Counted from the first letter of the stretch, positions 47,598-58,951 are shown. The stretch is 64,000 nucleotides of DNA from Desulfatiglandales bacterium (GCA_963662465.1 OY759599.1:7552001-7616000); one strand, 5' to 3'. Program-made: numbers and translations. The notes: generated by a model from the letters alone, not told the origin.

Positions 47598-49358
47598 TTG
47601 ACCAACCTTTCTTCAGCGGTAGATTATGCCTGGATGAAATTAGAATTTTTTCAAGCCCTTGAAGCCGGTGTTGATCGTGTGGCAGCCTGGGCTGACCTTT
47701 TGGACAGCATCAATGTTTTTCCGGTGGCGGATGGGGATACCGGCAGGAATCTGGTGGTCAGTTTGCAACCGCTCAAGCGCCGGGCCGAAAGCCGGGAAGA
47801 ATTAATTGAAGCACTGCTATTGTCGGCGAGGGGTAACTCGGGGAATATCGCTGCCCGGTTTTTCAGCGCTTTTGCATGTATCGAAAGTCCCCACGAACTT
47901 CACCAAATTGTAAAACGGGGACGGGATCTGGCTTGGAAAGCTGTTCCAGCGCCCAAATCCGGAACCATGTTGACATTTTTTGACGTCTTGGTCGAGGCGC
48001 TTCAGCATTATGATATGGCATCGGATTCGGCGTGCCTCGATGAAGTCCTGGACCGGTTAGAGAAAGTGGTCTTTGATACGCCTGAACAGTTAAAGGAACT
48101 GGCCGTCGCCGGGGTGGTGGATGCCGGGGCTTTGGGCATGTTTATTTTTTTTGATGGCTTTTTTAACGTGCTGTTCAACCGGATGGAAAAATTCCGTTCC
48201 ATCGCGGCGGTATTTGAAAATTTGCTTTATGTGAATTCCTCGTGGCAAACCGACGAGGACGGCGGATACTGTATCGATGCGTTATTGAAACGGGGTGCGG
48301 TGTATGCGGGAGATTCCCTGTCAGGCATCTCTCAAGTGGGAAATGAAGTGGTTGCTTTGGGGCACGGGGATTTTATCAAGGTTCACTTGCATGCGGCCGA
48401 TGAAGCCGGGGCCCGGCGGCGGCTTGAAGGGTTTGGGGATCTGGTGAATTGGAAATCGGATGATTTGAAGGTGCAAACCGCCCAATACCGCGCCCTTCCG
48501 AAAACCCAGGCGCTTCATATTATGACTGATGCAGCCGGTTCCATTACGCGAATGGATGCAAAACGGCTCGGCATTACGCTTCTGGAAAGTTACATCAACC
48601 TGGGGTCTCACAGTTATCCTGAAACCCATATGGATTCGGAACGACTCTATATGGAAATGCGAAAAGGGGTTTCCACCTCTACTGCCCAGGCCTCTGTTTT
48701 TGAGCGGCATCAGCGTTATCAGCAGGCCGCAAGCCTGCATTCTCAAGTCCTCTATTTATGCGTGGGGGCAGGATATACGGGAAATTATCAAACGGCTATG
48801 GATTGGAAAAGCCTTCATGATCCGGAGGATAAGTTGATGGTTGTGGATACCCAAGCTGCCTCCGGAAAGCTGGGGTTGCTGGCCATTGCCGCGGCCCGGT
48901 TTTCCCTGAAAGCGCAAGACCCCCACTTGGTCATCGAATATGCCCTGAAAGCGCAAGCGCTGATTGAAGAACTGATTTTTATCGAAAAACTCCACTATCT
49001 TGCCAGAGGCGGTCGAATTTCAAAGACCGGCGCTTTTTTTGGCGATATGCTCCATGTGAAACCCGTTGTAAGTCCGGCGCCCGATGGGGTTAAAAAGGTG
49101 GGAGTGGTCCGAAACAAGGCTCAGCAGATTGATTTTGCTCTGGAAAAATTGAAGGATGGATTGGGCGACTCGCTGTGTCCCGTGATCATGCTGCAATATA
49201 CGGATAACTATCGGTTGGTGGCAGGTGAATTTAAAGTGGCCGTTGAAAACGAGTTTCCATCAGCCGATGTTTTTGTTCAGCCCCTCAGCCTCACCACCGG
49301 CGCCCATTGTGGCCCAGGCGCCTGGGCCGTGGCTTATTTGCCGGAGATTTTCCTGTAA
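47598..49358 (+). CDS. DAK2-DegV fusion (fatty acid kinase A/B-like)
   Basis: INVFPVADGDTG.N, ARGNSG, DAGA, KVHLH; DegV part TD, L.RGGRI, HCGPG. Start uncertain. Confidence 0.85.
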   Translation: MTNLSSAVDYAWMKLEFFQALEAGVDRVAAWADLLDSINVFPVADGDTGRNLVVSLQPLKRRAESREELIEALLLSARGNSGNIAARFFSAFACIESPHELHQIVKRGRDLAWKAVPAPKSGTMLTFFDVLVEALQHYDMASDSACLDEVLDRLEKVVFDTPEQLKELAVAGVVDAGALGMFIFFDGFFNVLFNRMEKFRSIAAVFENLLYVNSSWQTDEDGGYCIDALLKRGAVYAGDSLSGISQVGNEVVALGHGDFIKVHLHAADEAGARRRLEGFGDLVNWKSDDLKVQTAQYRALPKTQALHIMTDAAGSITRMDAKRLGITLLESYINLGSHSYPETHMDSERLYMEMRKGVSTSTAQASVFERHQRYQQAASLHSQVLYLCVGAGYTGNYQTAMDWKSLHDPEDKLMVVDTQAASGKLGLLAIAAARFSLKAQDPHLVIEYALKAQALIEELIFIEKLHYLARGGRISKTGAFFGDMLHVKPVVSPAPDGVKKVGVVRNKAQQIDFALEKLKDGLGDSLCPVIMLQYTDNYRLVAGEFKVAVENEFPSADVFVQPLSLTTGAHCGPGAWAVAYLPEIFL

Positions 49359-49404
49359 ATGAAACCGGGTTGGTTCACGTCTCAACCTGCTTCCGGTGGA
49401 TTTT

Positions 49405-49587
49405 TTATGTTGGGTCTTTGCAGCCTTCGAGGACCTTTCGCATGTGATTCCTTTCAGCTTTCGATATCCTAAGTTGATCTTTTAGTTCCGCCTGGTTTTC
49501 CCAGGGCGTATCTTCGATTTTTCTCTCCAGTTTTTCAACCTCTCGAATCAATTGGTAGAGGTCCTTTGCGATCATTCGGATGCTCAT
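49405..49587 (-). CDS. Small conserved-looking hypothetical protein
   Basis: MSIRMIAKDLY... coiled ORF with SD GGAGA. Confidence 0.55.
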   Translation of the reverse strand: MSIRMIAKDLYQLIREVEKLERKIEDTPWENQAELKDQLRISKAERNHMRKVLEGCKDPT

Positions 49588-49735
49588 GAACGTTCAATCT
49601 CCGGGTCTGGCATTCAGACTCCAAATTTTGGCTTGACAATGCGCCAATATAATAATAGGACCCAGCTTTAACAACCAAAAAATAGAAAAAAACAGTATCC
49701 CATCTCTTGTTAAACTGAAGAACCGCGCCCTTTTT

Positions 49736-51580
49736 ATGAAAGGCAGTCCCCTGAAAAATCTGAACGCCTCTTTCATCGCCACGCGCAACAATTTTAAACC
49801 CCTTTGGGTCTACTTTGTAGAGAATCGGTGGGCGCTGGGGGTTGGGGTGTTGAGCCTGCTCATGGTGGATTTTCTTCAGCTCATCATTCCACTGATCATC
49901 AAGAAAGCGATCAATGTGCTGGTTTTGCAGCCTTCCGGAACGGGGGCGCTGCTGTTGAAGCAGGGCCTTATGATCGGCATTATCGCCCTGTTGATCGCCC
50001 TGTTTCGGTATGTGTGGCGGCTTTTGTTGATGGGCCATTCCAGGAAAGTGGAGCAAGGCCTGCGCAACCGGCTCTACGGGCATATTCAGCTCCTTTCCCT
50101 CTCGTTTTTTCAGAACACGAAGACCGGCGATGTGATGGCCCGGGCCATCAACGACATCAATGCCGTGCGAATGGCCTGCGGCATGGGGCTGGTGGCCCTG
50201 GTGGACGGTTTTGTTCTCGGCACAGCCGCCATAGGCTTCATGATGAGCATCGATTGGCGGTTGACCCTTATTTCCCTGATCCCCGCGCCCATTGTCGTTG
50301 TGGCCACCCGGATGCTGGCCAACCAGATGTCGTTACGATTTGAACGGGTGCAGAAAACCTTTTCGGATCTCACCGAACAGTCTCGTGAGGGTTTTTCAGG
50401 CATCCGGGTGATTAAGGCCCACCAGCGGGAAGGGTGGGCGTACGACAGGATGAAAGCGGGAGGGGAACGATACGTTGCGGAAAGCATGCGTCTGGCCCGA
50501 ACCCTTGCCCTCTTTTTTCCCCTGATGACCCTGATTACCAATGCCGGGCTTGCCGTTGTGATTCTGCTGGGCGGACGGTATACCATTGTGGGAACCATCA
50601 CGCCCGGGGATTTCGTTGCCTTTATCAGTTACCTGAACCTGCTCACGTGGCCCATCATGGCCATGGGCTGGGTAACCAGCCTGATCCAGCGGGGATCCGC
50701 TTCCATGCGGCGCATCAACGGGATTTTTGATGCGGTTCCGGAGATTCGGGACCCGGAATCCTCAGACCTTTTTGCCAATGGGGAGGGATACGCCACAATG
50801 CCTCCAGAAAAATCCAATGGCGCCATTGCTTTTCACGGGCTCAGTTTTCGGTATCCCGGCCAGGCTGAATATGCTCTCCATGAGGTTCATTTGGCCATAC
50901 GTCCGGGAGAGACCGCGGCCATTGTGGGGCGCGTGGGATCGGGGAAAACGACCCTGCTGCAGATTGTGCCGCGGCTGTTGGATGTTTCCGACGACACGGT
51001 TTTTGTGAGTGGGTGGGATATTCGAAAAATGCCGCCGGCAACCCTGAGGAAAAAAATCGGGTTCGTGAGTCAGGATGTCTTTATTTTCTCCGACACCGTT
51101 CGCAATAATGTGGCATTCGGAAGGGATGACATCAGCGATGAAGAAGTGCGGCGGGCGTTGGGCGTTGCCGGCGTTCTTGAAGAAATGGAAAGCCTGGAAC
51201 AGGGCCTAAATACCCTGCTGGGGGAGCGGGGGATCACCCTTTCGGGCGGTCAGCGGCAACGGCTTACCATTGCACGGGCCATTGTGGGGAATTTCCCCAT
51301 CCTCATCCTGGATGACGCCCTTTCCATGGTGGATACCCGTACCGAAGAGGGGATTTTGAACCGGATTTTGAACTTGCGGCGGAACCGAACCAATGTGATC
51401 GTTTCCCACAGGGTTTCCACCATTCGCCGGGCGGACAGGATCTTTGTATTAGATCGAGGCCGTTTAAAAGAGGAAGGGGATCACGAAAGCCTGATCGCCC
51501 GAGGGGGGATCTACAGCGCCCTCTACGAAGAGCAGCTTTTAGGGGAAGCGCTTGAAAACGGAGGCGTGAACTCGCCATGA
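49736..51580 (+). CDS. ABC exporter fused permease/ATPase (MdlA-like)
   Basis: TMD + GRVGSGKT, LSGGQRQR, ILDDALS. Confidence 0.92.
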   Translation: MKGSPLKNLNASFIATRNNFKPLWVYFVENRWALGVGVLSLLMVDFLQLIIPLIIKKAINVLVLQPSGTGALLLKQGLMIGIIALLIALFRYVWRLLLMGHSRKVEQGLRNRLYGHIQLLSLSFFQNTKTGDVMARAINDINAVRMACGMGLVALVDGFVLGTAAIGFMMSIDWRLTLISLIPAPIVVVATRMLANQMSLRFERVQKTFSDLTEQSREGFSGIRVIKAHQREGWAYDRMKAGGERYVAESMRLARTLALFFPLMTLITNAGLAVVILLGGRYTIVGTITPGDFVAFISYLNLLTWPIMAMGWVTSLIQRGSASMRRINGIFDAVPEIRDPESSDLFANGEGYATMPPEKSNGAIAFHGLSFRYPGQAEYALHEVHLAIRPGETAAIVGRVGSGKTTLLQIVPRLLDVSDDTVFVSGWDIRKMPPATLRKKIGFVSQDVFIFSDTVRNNVAFGRDDISDEEVRRALGVAGVLEEMESLEQGLNTLLGERGITLSGGQRQRLTIARAIVGNFPILILDDALSMVDTRTEEGILNRILNLRRNRTNVIVSHRVSTIRRADRIFVLDRGRLKEEGDHESLIARGGIYSALYEEQLLGEALENGGVNSP

Positions 51581-53700
51581 TGGGGGATTATGGATACGCC
51601 GAGGAAGGTAAACTGGGGAAGCCTTACAACCTCAAGTTGCTGAAGCGGTTGGCTCAATTTGCATTGCCCTATGGGAAACTGATTGCGGCAGGTCTTTTGC
51701 TGTCGATCCTGGTCGCCCTGTTTGATCTCTCGGTGCCTTATTTAACCAAGATTGCCATTGACCGGTATATCCTGTCCTCCTGGTTTGCCGTGAGCGGGGA
51801 AATGGCGACGGATCCGGCCTGCCGGAGGTTGGTAAAACGCTATGGCCCTTTGTTTCAGAAGAGCGAAGGCGCTTCGGTTTCGTATATTTCAAATGTGAAT
51901 CTCAAGAAGGTGGATCCCGCAGATCTCCATTTCCTCAAAAGCCAAGGTCTGTTGTCTTCCGAACGGTTTTACCGGATCGAATCCGGCAGGGAAGCGCTAA
52001 AATGGTTTTCCAGGGATCACCGGGATGTCCATAAGATGGTGGATGGCGCCGTCATGGCGCCCTATGACCAATTGGAGCGATTGCCCCGAAAAGAACTCCT
52101 TCAAATCAGGGCCGGCGATGTGAACGGGGTGACGCTCATCGCAGGGGTGTTTTTTAGCCTGCTGTTGCTTTCCCTGGGGTTCAGCTATCTGGAATATTAT
52201 GTCATGGAATTAACGGGTCAGCGGATCATGCAGGACATGCGCATGAGGCTCTTTGACCGGATGCAGGCCCAGACCCTGCGGTTTTTCGATCGGTATCCCG
52301 TGGGGACCCTGGTCACCCGGGTGACCAATGATATCGGCAACCTCAATGAAATGTTCAAGTCCGTTCTGATAACGGTCTTCAAAGACCTGTTCATGATTGT
52401 CGGTATTCTGGGGGTCCTTTTTTACCTCAACCGGCGGCTGGCCCTGTTGTGCTTTACCCTGTTGCCCATTATTTTCGGGTTGACCCTGATCTTCAGCACC
52501 ATGGCCCGGGAGGCGTTCCGGGAGCTTCGAAGCACCGTTTCAAAAATTAATGCGTTTCTTCAGGAGCGGATCAGGGGGATGCGCGTGATTCAGTTGTTTG
52601 TGAGGGAAGCATCGCAAATGACGGCCTTTGTAGGGCTCAACCGGGAAAATTATCGTGCGGGGATGAAGCAGATCCGTGTTTTTGCCCTGTTTATGCCCCT
52701 GATGGAGCTTTTATCGTCGATCTCTATCGGGTTTTTGATCTGGTATGGCGGTGGACAGGTCTTGCAGGAAGAGATGACCCTGGGAGCGCTGGTGGCTTTT
52801 ATCGGGTATATTCAGATGTTCTTTAAGCCCATTCGGGATATCTCCGAAAAATACAATATCATGCAGATGGCCATGGCCTCCATGGAACGGATTTTCGAAT
52901 TCATGGACAAAAAAGAGGTGCTGCCGCGGCCCACGTCCCCCCGGAACCCTTCCCACGTCAAGGGTCATCTGGTGTTTGACCACGTGTCTTTTGGATACGA
53001 CAAAGACAACATGATTCTCCACGATGTTTCTTTTGAAGTGAAACCGGGGGAGACCGTGGCCATCGTGGGCGCCACGGGTTCGGGGAAGACCACGGTGGTG
53101 AGCCTGGTGGAGCGGTTTTACGATCCGGATCAGGGGAGGATCACCCTTGACGGCATTGATCTCAGGGAGTGGTCCAACCTTAGTTTGCGAAAGGTTGTGA
53201 GCCTCTGCATGCAGGACGTTTTTATCTTTGCGGGAAGCGTGGCGGAAAACATTTCCCTGGGAAGGGAGGGCTTGGATGACCATGCGGTGCGCCGCGCCGC
53301 CGAGACCGCCAATGCCCTGGGGTTTGTTGAGCGGTTGGAAAACGGTTTTCAGCAGGAACTGGGCGAGGATGGCGCCAGTCTTTCAGGGGGGCAGCGCCAG
53401 TTGCTCTCCTTTGCGAGGGCTCTGGCCAGTGATCCCCGCCTGCTGATTCTGGATGAGGCCACCAGCAGCGTGGATCCTGAAACCGAACGTCTCATTCAAA
53501 CGGCCATTTCCAAAATGGCCCGGAAGCGGACCACCCTTGTGGTGGCCCATCGGCTGTCCACGGTCAGGGATGCGAATCGGATTATGGTGATGCACCATGG
53601 CCAAATCAGGGAGCAGGGGACCCATGAAGAACTCATGGCCATGGAAGGGCTTTACTTTAAGCTCAGCCGCCGGTGGAATCGGGGGATTCCTGGCGAATAA
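51577..53700 (+). CDS. ABC exporter fused permease/ATPase (MdlB-like)
   Basis: GATGSGKT, LSGGQRQ, ILDEATS. Confidence 0.92.
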   Translation: MMGDYGYAEEGKLGKPYNLKLLKRLAQFALPYGKLIAAGLLLSILVALFDLSVPYLTKIAIDRYILSSWFAVSGEMATDPACRRLVKRYGPLFQKSEGASVSYISNVNLKKVDPADLHFLKSQGLLSSERFYRIESGREALKWFSRDHRDVHKMVDGAVMAPYDQLERLPRKELLQIRAGDVNGVTLIAGVFFSLLLLSLGFSYLEYYVMELTGQRIMQDMRMRLFDRMQAQTLRFFDRYPVGTLVTRVTNDIGNLNEMFKSVLITVFKDLFMIVGILGVLFYLNRRLALLCFTLLPIIFGLTLIFSTMAREAFRELRSTVSKINAFLQERIRGMRVIQLFVREASQMTAFVGLNRENYRAGMKQIRVFALFMPLMELLSSISIGFLIWYGGGQVLQEEMTLGALVAFIGYIQMFFKPIRDISEKYNIMQMAMASMERIFEFMDKKEVLPRPTSPRNPSHVKGHLVFDHVSFGYDKDNMILHDVSFEVKPGETVAIVGATGSGKTTVVSLVERFYDPDQGRITLDGIDLREWSNLSLRKVVSLCMQDVFIFAGSVAENISLGREGLDDHAVRRAAETANALGFVERLENGFQQELGEDGASLSGGQRQLLSFARALASDPRLLILDEATSSVDPETERLIQTAISKMARKRTTLVVAHRLSTVRDANRIMVMHHGQIREQGTHEELMAMEGLYFKLSRRWNRGIPGE

Positions 53701-53721
53701 GGTCGTCATTCCAAGTTTCCA

Positions 53722-53751
53722 TACGCCTGAGTGTCTCATGTCTCAGGCGTA
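53722..53751. terminator. Hairpin between convergent genes
   Basis: tacgcctgag-N10-ctcaggcgta. Confidence 0.55.
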
Positions 53752-53766
53752 CGATTTGCCTTCGAT

Positions 53767-54183
53767 TTATTTTTCCATTCGTTTCATGGTTATATTGTAG
53801 CTGTCGGCGTCTTTGGCGTTCTCCCCGTCGATGAATGCATTGTAGACGGATGAGCCAACCAGTCGTCCGTCCTCCTGTGCGTTGAGTTTAGCGGTATACA
53901 TCTTTGTTCCGCTTTCGATTACCAGGTAGACAACCTTCCCGTCTACAATACCGTTTACACCGTATGGACCCAGCGTTCCCGTCACTCGGTTTCCATTCTG
54001 GGTGAAAATCCCCTCCCCCCAACCGCCATCCATGTAGGGACCGCAATCCCATTTTCCAGTGATATCCACACCGGCGACAGCCTGTTGCTTTCCATCAAGC
54101 CAGGCAGCGGTTTTATCGGGCATGATGGTTCTGCATGATAAGAGCAGTCCCAGTGCAATTACCAGCAACAACGTCTTTTTCAT
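53767..54183 (-). CDS. Hypothetical lipoprotein
   Basis: MKKTLLLVIALGLLLSC lipobox; SD GGAGG. Confidence 0.7.
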   Translation of the reverse strand: MKKTLLLVIALGLLLSCRTIMPDKTAAWLDGKQQAVAGVDITGKWDCGPYMDGGWGEGIFTQNGNRVTGTLGPYGVNGIVDGKVVYLVIESGTKMYTAKLNAQEDGRLVGSSVYNAFIDGENAKDADSYNITMKRMEK

Positions 54184-54392
54184 GATTTTCCCTCCCTTAA
54201 TTAAATTGATATTTTTCTTCACCCGACAAGCGGTCGTAAATAATGATAACTTATTATATCATTTTGTCAATTTTTCTTGACGGAGTTTTTTTCGCTGTGT
54301 TTCCACATGCCGCAGTGGGAACGTAAATCCATATTTTCCTTGAAATATGGTAATAAAAATGAGAATATTATACTTTTAGAAAGGAAAATATC

Positions 54393-55694
54393 ATGAAAAA
54401 TATTCTCAAACGCATTATTTCCGATTTTCACGCCAACTGGATCCCCGAATTCAAGACCAGGGATGCCAGGGTCCCCTTGGACCTCAACAAGGTGATCTCC
54501 ATTGTGGGACCCCGGCGGGCGGGAAAAACCTATTTTCTTTACCAGTTGATGGCCATGCTGGCGGTACGGGGCGTTTCAAGAGAGCGCATCCTGTATATAA
54601 ATTTTGAGGATGAGCGGCTGGATCTTGAAGGCCGTCATGATTTGATTTTCGAAGCCTGTCTTGAGCTTTATCCTGATCTGGACTTGTCGTCCTGCTGGTT
54701 TTTCTTTGATGAAATTCAGGAGTTGGATCAATGGGAAAAATTTATCCGTCGCGTTTATGATACCCTTTCCAAAAATATTTTTATTACCGGTTCCAACGCC
54801 AGAGTGTTGTCAAGGGAAATTGCCACTGCTTTGCGGGGACGAAGCCTGTCCTTTGAAATTATGTCGCTTTCCTTCAGAGAGTTTCTTTTCTTCAAGGACA
54901 TAGACCAGGAGGACAAGCATTCTCTCAAAAACAGTTCCCGAATAGGGAACGCTTTTGAGGAATACCTCATTTGGGGAGGATATCCGGAGCTGGTGGATAT
55001 TGCGCCTCGTTTTAAATCGAACATCCTTCAGGAATATTTCAATGTCATGTTATATCGGGATTTGCTGGAGCGATACGGGATCAGGGACTTATCCCTTTTG
55101 AAGTATTTGATTAAGCGCCTGATCGCTTCTTATACCAAGGAGTTTTCCGTAAACAGAATGTATAACGATTTGAAATCGAGGGGCTTTTCCATTGGGAAGG
55201 ATCGCATCTATGGGTTGATGGAGGAGATCTTTTCCATTTATATGCTCGCTCGCGTTGAAAAATTTGAGCCATCGGTGGTTAAACGGGAGATGAGCAACAA
55301 AAAGGTTTATCTCCACGATAACGGTTTTGCCTCGGCCATTCAGGGGTCCTTTTTTAAAGACAGGGGAAAACTTCTGGAAAACTTGGTCTTTACACATCTG
55401 AGAACCAAAACGGAAAACATCAATTTTATGAAAAACGGTTGGGAATGTGATTTTGTAGTCTTCCCGGATGATGCACCAAAACCCTTGCTGATCCAGGTAA
55501 CGGAAAAACTGGATGATCACAATCTGAAACGGGAAATCAAAGGTCTTGAAGCGGCCCGAAAGCGGGTTCCGGGGGCCGAGTGCCTGGTTCTTGTCCATGA
55601 GCTGGTGGGAGAGGTCGTTGTTCCGGATTGGGCCAGGATTGTTCCGGTGTCTTTATGGATTCTGGAATCCGGCTTTTATGAAACGGGGCAATAA
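54393..55694 (+). CDS. AAA_14/DUF4143 ATP-binding protein
   Basis: GPRRAGKT, FFDEIQ, ITGSN, GGYPE, LLENLV, ECDF. Confidence 0.9.
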   Translation: MKNILKRIISDFHANWIPEFKTRDARVPLDLNKVISIVGPRRAGKTYFLYQLMAMLAVRGVSRERILYINFEDERLDLEGRHDLIFEACLELYPDLDLSSCWFFFDEIQELDQWEKFIRRVYDTLSKNIFITGSNARVLSREIATALRGRSLSFEIMSLSFREFLFFKDIDQEDKHSLKNSSRIGNAFEEYLIWGGYPELVDIAPRFKSNILQEYFNVMLYRDLLERYGIRDLSLLKYLIKRLIASYTKEFSVNRMYNDLKSRGFSIGKDRIYGLMEEIFSIYMLARVEKFEPSVVKREMSNKKVYLHDNGFASAIQGSFFKDRGKLLENLVFTHLRTKTENINFMKNGWECDFVVFPDDAPKPLLIQVTEKLDDHNLKREIKGLEAARKRVPGAECLVLVHELVGEVVVPDWARIVPVSLWILESGFYETGQ

Positions 55695-55733
55695 TCATCT
55701 CTGTTTTGATTCCGAAGCCAAGAATAATGAAGA

Positions 55734-57227
55734 TCAACCTGTGTGCCCTACGGGAAAAAGCACATAAAAAGTACTGCCTCCGGTTGTAAAACACCCTTTC
55801 CGGTCTTTAATGAAGGCGCAGTCTGATATTTTGCCGGGGCAGGCATCCACATCTGTGGGGATGTAGGGGCATCGCGTGGTGTCGAAGTGGATGGCAAAGC
55901 CCATTCGTTCGGAGAAGACCTTCATGCGCAGGAGATCCGCGCCGGCGCCCCCCGCATTGAATTGATAAGGTTTTTTGGAGGAATACATATCCGTGTCCTG
56001 GGTATGAAAGAATCCTCCGAAAATCAAATCCTGGTTGGTCTCGGTAATGCCTACCCCATAATCCCGCATTTTAATCTCGATGCCGTCTTTCAGGGTTTTC
56101 ACACTCAGTTTGATAAGACCCTCGTCCGGCGTGTTTTCGATGGCGTTTTTCAAAAGCCCTGATAAAACCTTCAACAGTATTCCGCGATCCATGGTCAGCT
56201 GGATGGATTCATCCACATGGCATTCGATGTCAAGCACCCTTGATCCCATGGCGGATCGGGCTTCCCGGATCATATCCCGTAAAAAGGGGCCCATGACGAT
56301 GGGTTCCGCATGGGGTTCATAAACCATGAAAAGATCGTCAAGTCGGTGGGCGATGAGTTCCAGTATTTCCTCCTTTTGAGGGCCGCTCCCGTTCTTGAAT
56401 GAATCCACCAAATCTGCCGCATTTTCAATGATATTAAGAAGTTGACGTTGTTCCAGCACCGGGCGCTGGTTTAAGATATCCCCGATTTTTCTTTCCAGAT
56501 CCACCAGTCGCTGGATTTGCCGCTTGCCGCGGGCAAAGGTTTTGTTGGTATTGGGGTCTTTTTCCCGGTTCAGCCGACGGTCCAGTCGTTCAATGCTGGC
56601 TGAAAGCACGGCAAGGGGCGTTTTCAGTTCATGGGACAGGTGGTTGATGACGCGTTCCTTGGCCTTGTCCAGGATTTTGAGGTCGTCATAGAGCTTGGCA
56701 TTTTCCAGTGCGATGGCGATGGTATGACTGGCCGACAAGAGCAGTTCTTCATCGTCTTGGGTAAAGTCGCCGGATGTTTTGTTGATGACCTGCAGGGTGC
56801 CGATACAATTTCCGTGTCGATTGATCAGGGGAACGCACAGGATGTTTCGGGTTTTGAAGTTGGTTTTCAGGTCTACTCCGGGGTAAAATCGCGAATCACC
56901 GTAAGCGTCGCTGATGATCAACGGTTTATGGTTTTGAAAAACCCATCCGGCAATTCCCGTGTGGGCGGGAAAGCGTATTTCGTTGGTTTTCAAATCCGTG
57001 GAGACCCGCGACCAAAGCTCACCTTTTTCCGGATCGAATATGAAAACCGAACACTTTTCCGTGTTCATGAACCGGCGGGTTTGCTCCATGATCACTTTAA
57101 AGAGGACATGCATGTCCATTTCCGAAACGATCATTCGGCTCAGTTCCAGCAACATGCGGTGCTGCTGAAGCTGGTTTTGGAGGATGATTACCGCTTTTTC
57201 AGGATTGTCTGCGTCTATCTTTTCCAT
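55734..57227 (-). CDS. GAF sensor histidine kinase
   Basis: GAF (GIAGWV, INK), SHELKTPL, KNAIENT, DYGVGI. Confidence 0.9.
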   Translation of the reverse strand: MEKIDADNPEKAVIILQNQLQQHRMLLELSRMIVSEMDMHVLFKVIMEQTRRFMNTEKCSVFIFDPEKGELWSRVSTDLKTNEIRFPAHTGIAGWVFQNHKPLIISDAYGDSRFYPGVDLKTNFKTRNILCVPLINRHGNCIGTLQVINKTSGDFTQDDEELLLSASHTIAIALENAKLYDDLKILDKAKERVINHLSHELKTPLAVLSASIERLDRRLNREKDPNTNKTFARGKRQIQRLVDLERKIGDILNQRPVLEQRQLLNIIENAADLVDSFKNGSGPQKEEILELIAHRLDDLFMVYEPHAEPIVMGPFLRDMIREARSAMGSRVLDIECHVDESIQLTMDRGILLKVLSGLLKNAIENTPDEGLIKLSVKTLKDGIEIKMRDYGVGITETNQDLIFGGFFHTQDTDMYSSKKPYQFNAGGAGADLLRMKVFSERMGFAIHFDTTRCPYIPTDVDACPGKISDCAFIKDRKGCFTTGGSTFYVLFPVGHTG

Positions 57228-57237
57228 GGAAAGGCCT

Positions 57238-58449
57238 TTATACAATAAAAACTTTTTTGGGGATGCGGCTGATCATTCGACACCCTGTTTCGGTGATAAC
57301 GAAAACGCTCTCAATACCCGCGCCGAATTCATTGATGAAGTTAATTTTGGGTTCGATGGCGAACGTCATGCCCGGCTGCAGAGGGTCATGATTTTTGGCG
57401 CTGATGATGGGTTGTTCCACCAGATCAAGACCGATCCCATGACCCACAAAAGAGACTTTGTAATGGGGCGGCCCCAGATAGGTTTCTTCATATCCCAGAG
57501 CTTTTGCCCTGGCAACCGATGCTTCGAAAAGAGCGTTGATGGGGATTCCGGGTTTGGCTGTTTCGAGGATCTCGTCATGAATTTCCAGGGTTGCCATTGA
57601 TGCATCCATGGCCTTTTGGGGCATGGACCCAATGGCGAACATGCGGGTTTCATCCATGTGGTAACCATTGTGAACAAAACCGAGATCGATAAGAATGGGC
57701 TCATCCTTAGCCATCTTTCGATATCCCGCGCCCATGGGAAAGGCCACCGACGTTCCCACTCCGCTGAAGGGGGAGTCCAGAAGACCGAGTTTTCCGCCGT
57801 TGGGGCCGCTCAATACATGCCAGGGGTAGACTTCGGATTGATAATCCCGAACCCTCAGCTTTCCGCCATGGCCGATTTTTCGGGCGAAGGCCTCAAACAT
57901 GCCCGCAAATTCCATCTCCGTATAGCCTTCTTTCAAATGGTTTCGGATATATTCAAAGGTTTTGGCGGAAAGTTCGGCCGTGTTTTCCATTTGCGCAATT
58001 TCCCACGGGGACTTAACGCTTCTGGCCCCGTGAATGAGCGTAGATCCGTCAAGGTAAGCCTTCACGGGAAATAGTTGTTGGTAAAAATTGAAATGGGTAA
58101 CGGGAAGTACGTCCAGCTCGAAAGCCAGATGGTCAGGCAGTCGACCGTAAAAATCCACAATCCGTCCGGGTACGTCCTTGGGGGACGCGATTTCGATGAT
58201 ATGGGAAATGGCGGATTCTTCCCTGGCCCTGGGTGCGTAACGCTTGATCAACAGAAGTGGGTCTCCCTGGGCTGGAACATACAGAAATCCGTTCTGCGCG
58301 GTCCCCGCAAAATAGAGTAAATCGACCCGCTGAACCAGGAGGAGTCCCTCCATATCTTCCTGCCTCATATTTTTCTGCAGGCATTGGATGCGTTTTTTGA
58401 TTTCAAAGGCCGGGATCTTAAATGACGCTGTCATAGGGATGTTGTTCAC
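57238..58449 (-). CDS. Xaa-Pro peptidase (M24) family
   Basis: D.TR, GHGIGL, AIEPK, GIES. Confidence 0.9.
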   Translation of the reverse strand: MNNIPMTASFKIPAFEIKKRIQCLQKNMRQEDMEGLLLVQRVDLLYFAGTAQNGFLYVPAQGDPLLLIKRYAPRAREESAISHIIEIASPKDVPGRIVDFYGRLPDHLAFELDVLPVTHFNFYQQLFPVKAYLDGSTLIHGARSVKSPWEIAQMENTAELSAKTFEYIRNHLKEGYTEMEFAGMFEAFARKIGHGGKLRVRDYQSEVYPWHVLSGPNGGKLGLLDSPFSGVGTSVAFPMGAGYRKMAKDEPILIDLGFVHNGYHMDETRMFAIGSMPQKAMDASMATLEIHDEILETAKPGIPINALFEASVARAKALGYEETYLGPPHYKVSFVGHGIGLDLVEQPIISAKNHDPLQPGMTFAIEPKINFINEFGAGIESVFVITETGCRMISRIPKKVFIV

Positions 58450-58507
58450 ATTTGATTTTTGTTCGTTTCATGGTATGGTATCCAAAAAGAAGGGAGTATG
58501 ACCATAA

Positions 58508-58951
58508 ATGATTACCGAACGGGGTGTTATTAACAAAATTTCGGGCCGAAAGGCCACTGTTGAAATTCAGAAGAGTTCCGCCTGTGCCTCGTGTGAATCC
58601 CGCGATTCATGCGACGTGCATGGGGGAAAACCCATGGAGATCCAAGTGGACAACCGTTTGGACGCGGGTGAGGGAGACCTGGTTGAAATCAGCATTCCGT
58701 CCGGGTCTTTTGTGATCCTCTCACTCTATGTCTATTTTATTCCGGTTGCGGCCCTTATGGGCGGCGCCTATGTCGGCGGCACGTTGTTGGCGCCGCGGTT
58801 GGGTATGGGCGCCACAGCCTGTTCCATTCTACTGGGGTTTTTGGCCTTGGGCGTCACATTTATTTTCCTCAGGCGTTTTGACAAGACGCCGGGCGCCAAC
58901 CGGAAATACCGACCCAAGATGACGCGCATTGTAAAACGACGGCAACCATGA
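58508..58951 (+). CDS. rseC: RseC/MucC family protein
   Basis: MITERGV, SACASC...DSC, Y.IP, two TMs. Confidence 0.85.
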   Translation: MITERGVINKISGRKATVEIQKSSACASCESRDSCDVHGGKPMEIQVDNRLDAGEGDLVEISIPSGSFVILSLYVYFIPVAALMGGAYVGGTLLAPRLGMGATACSILLGFLALGVTFIFLRRFDKTPGANRKYRPKMTRIVKRRQP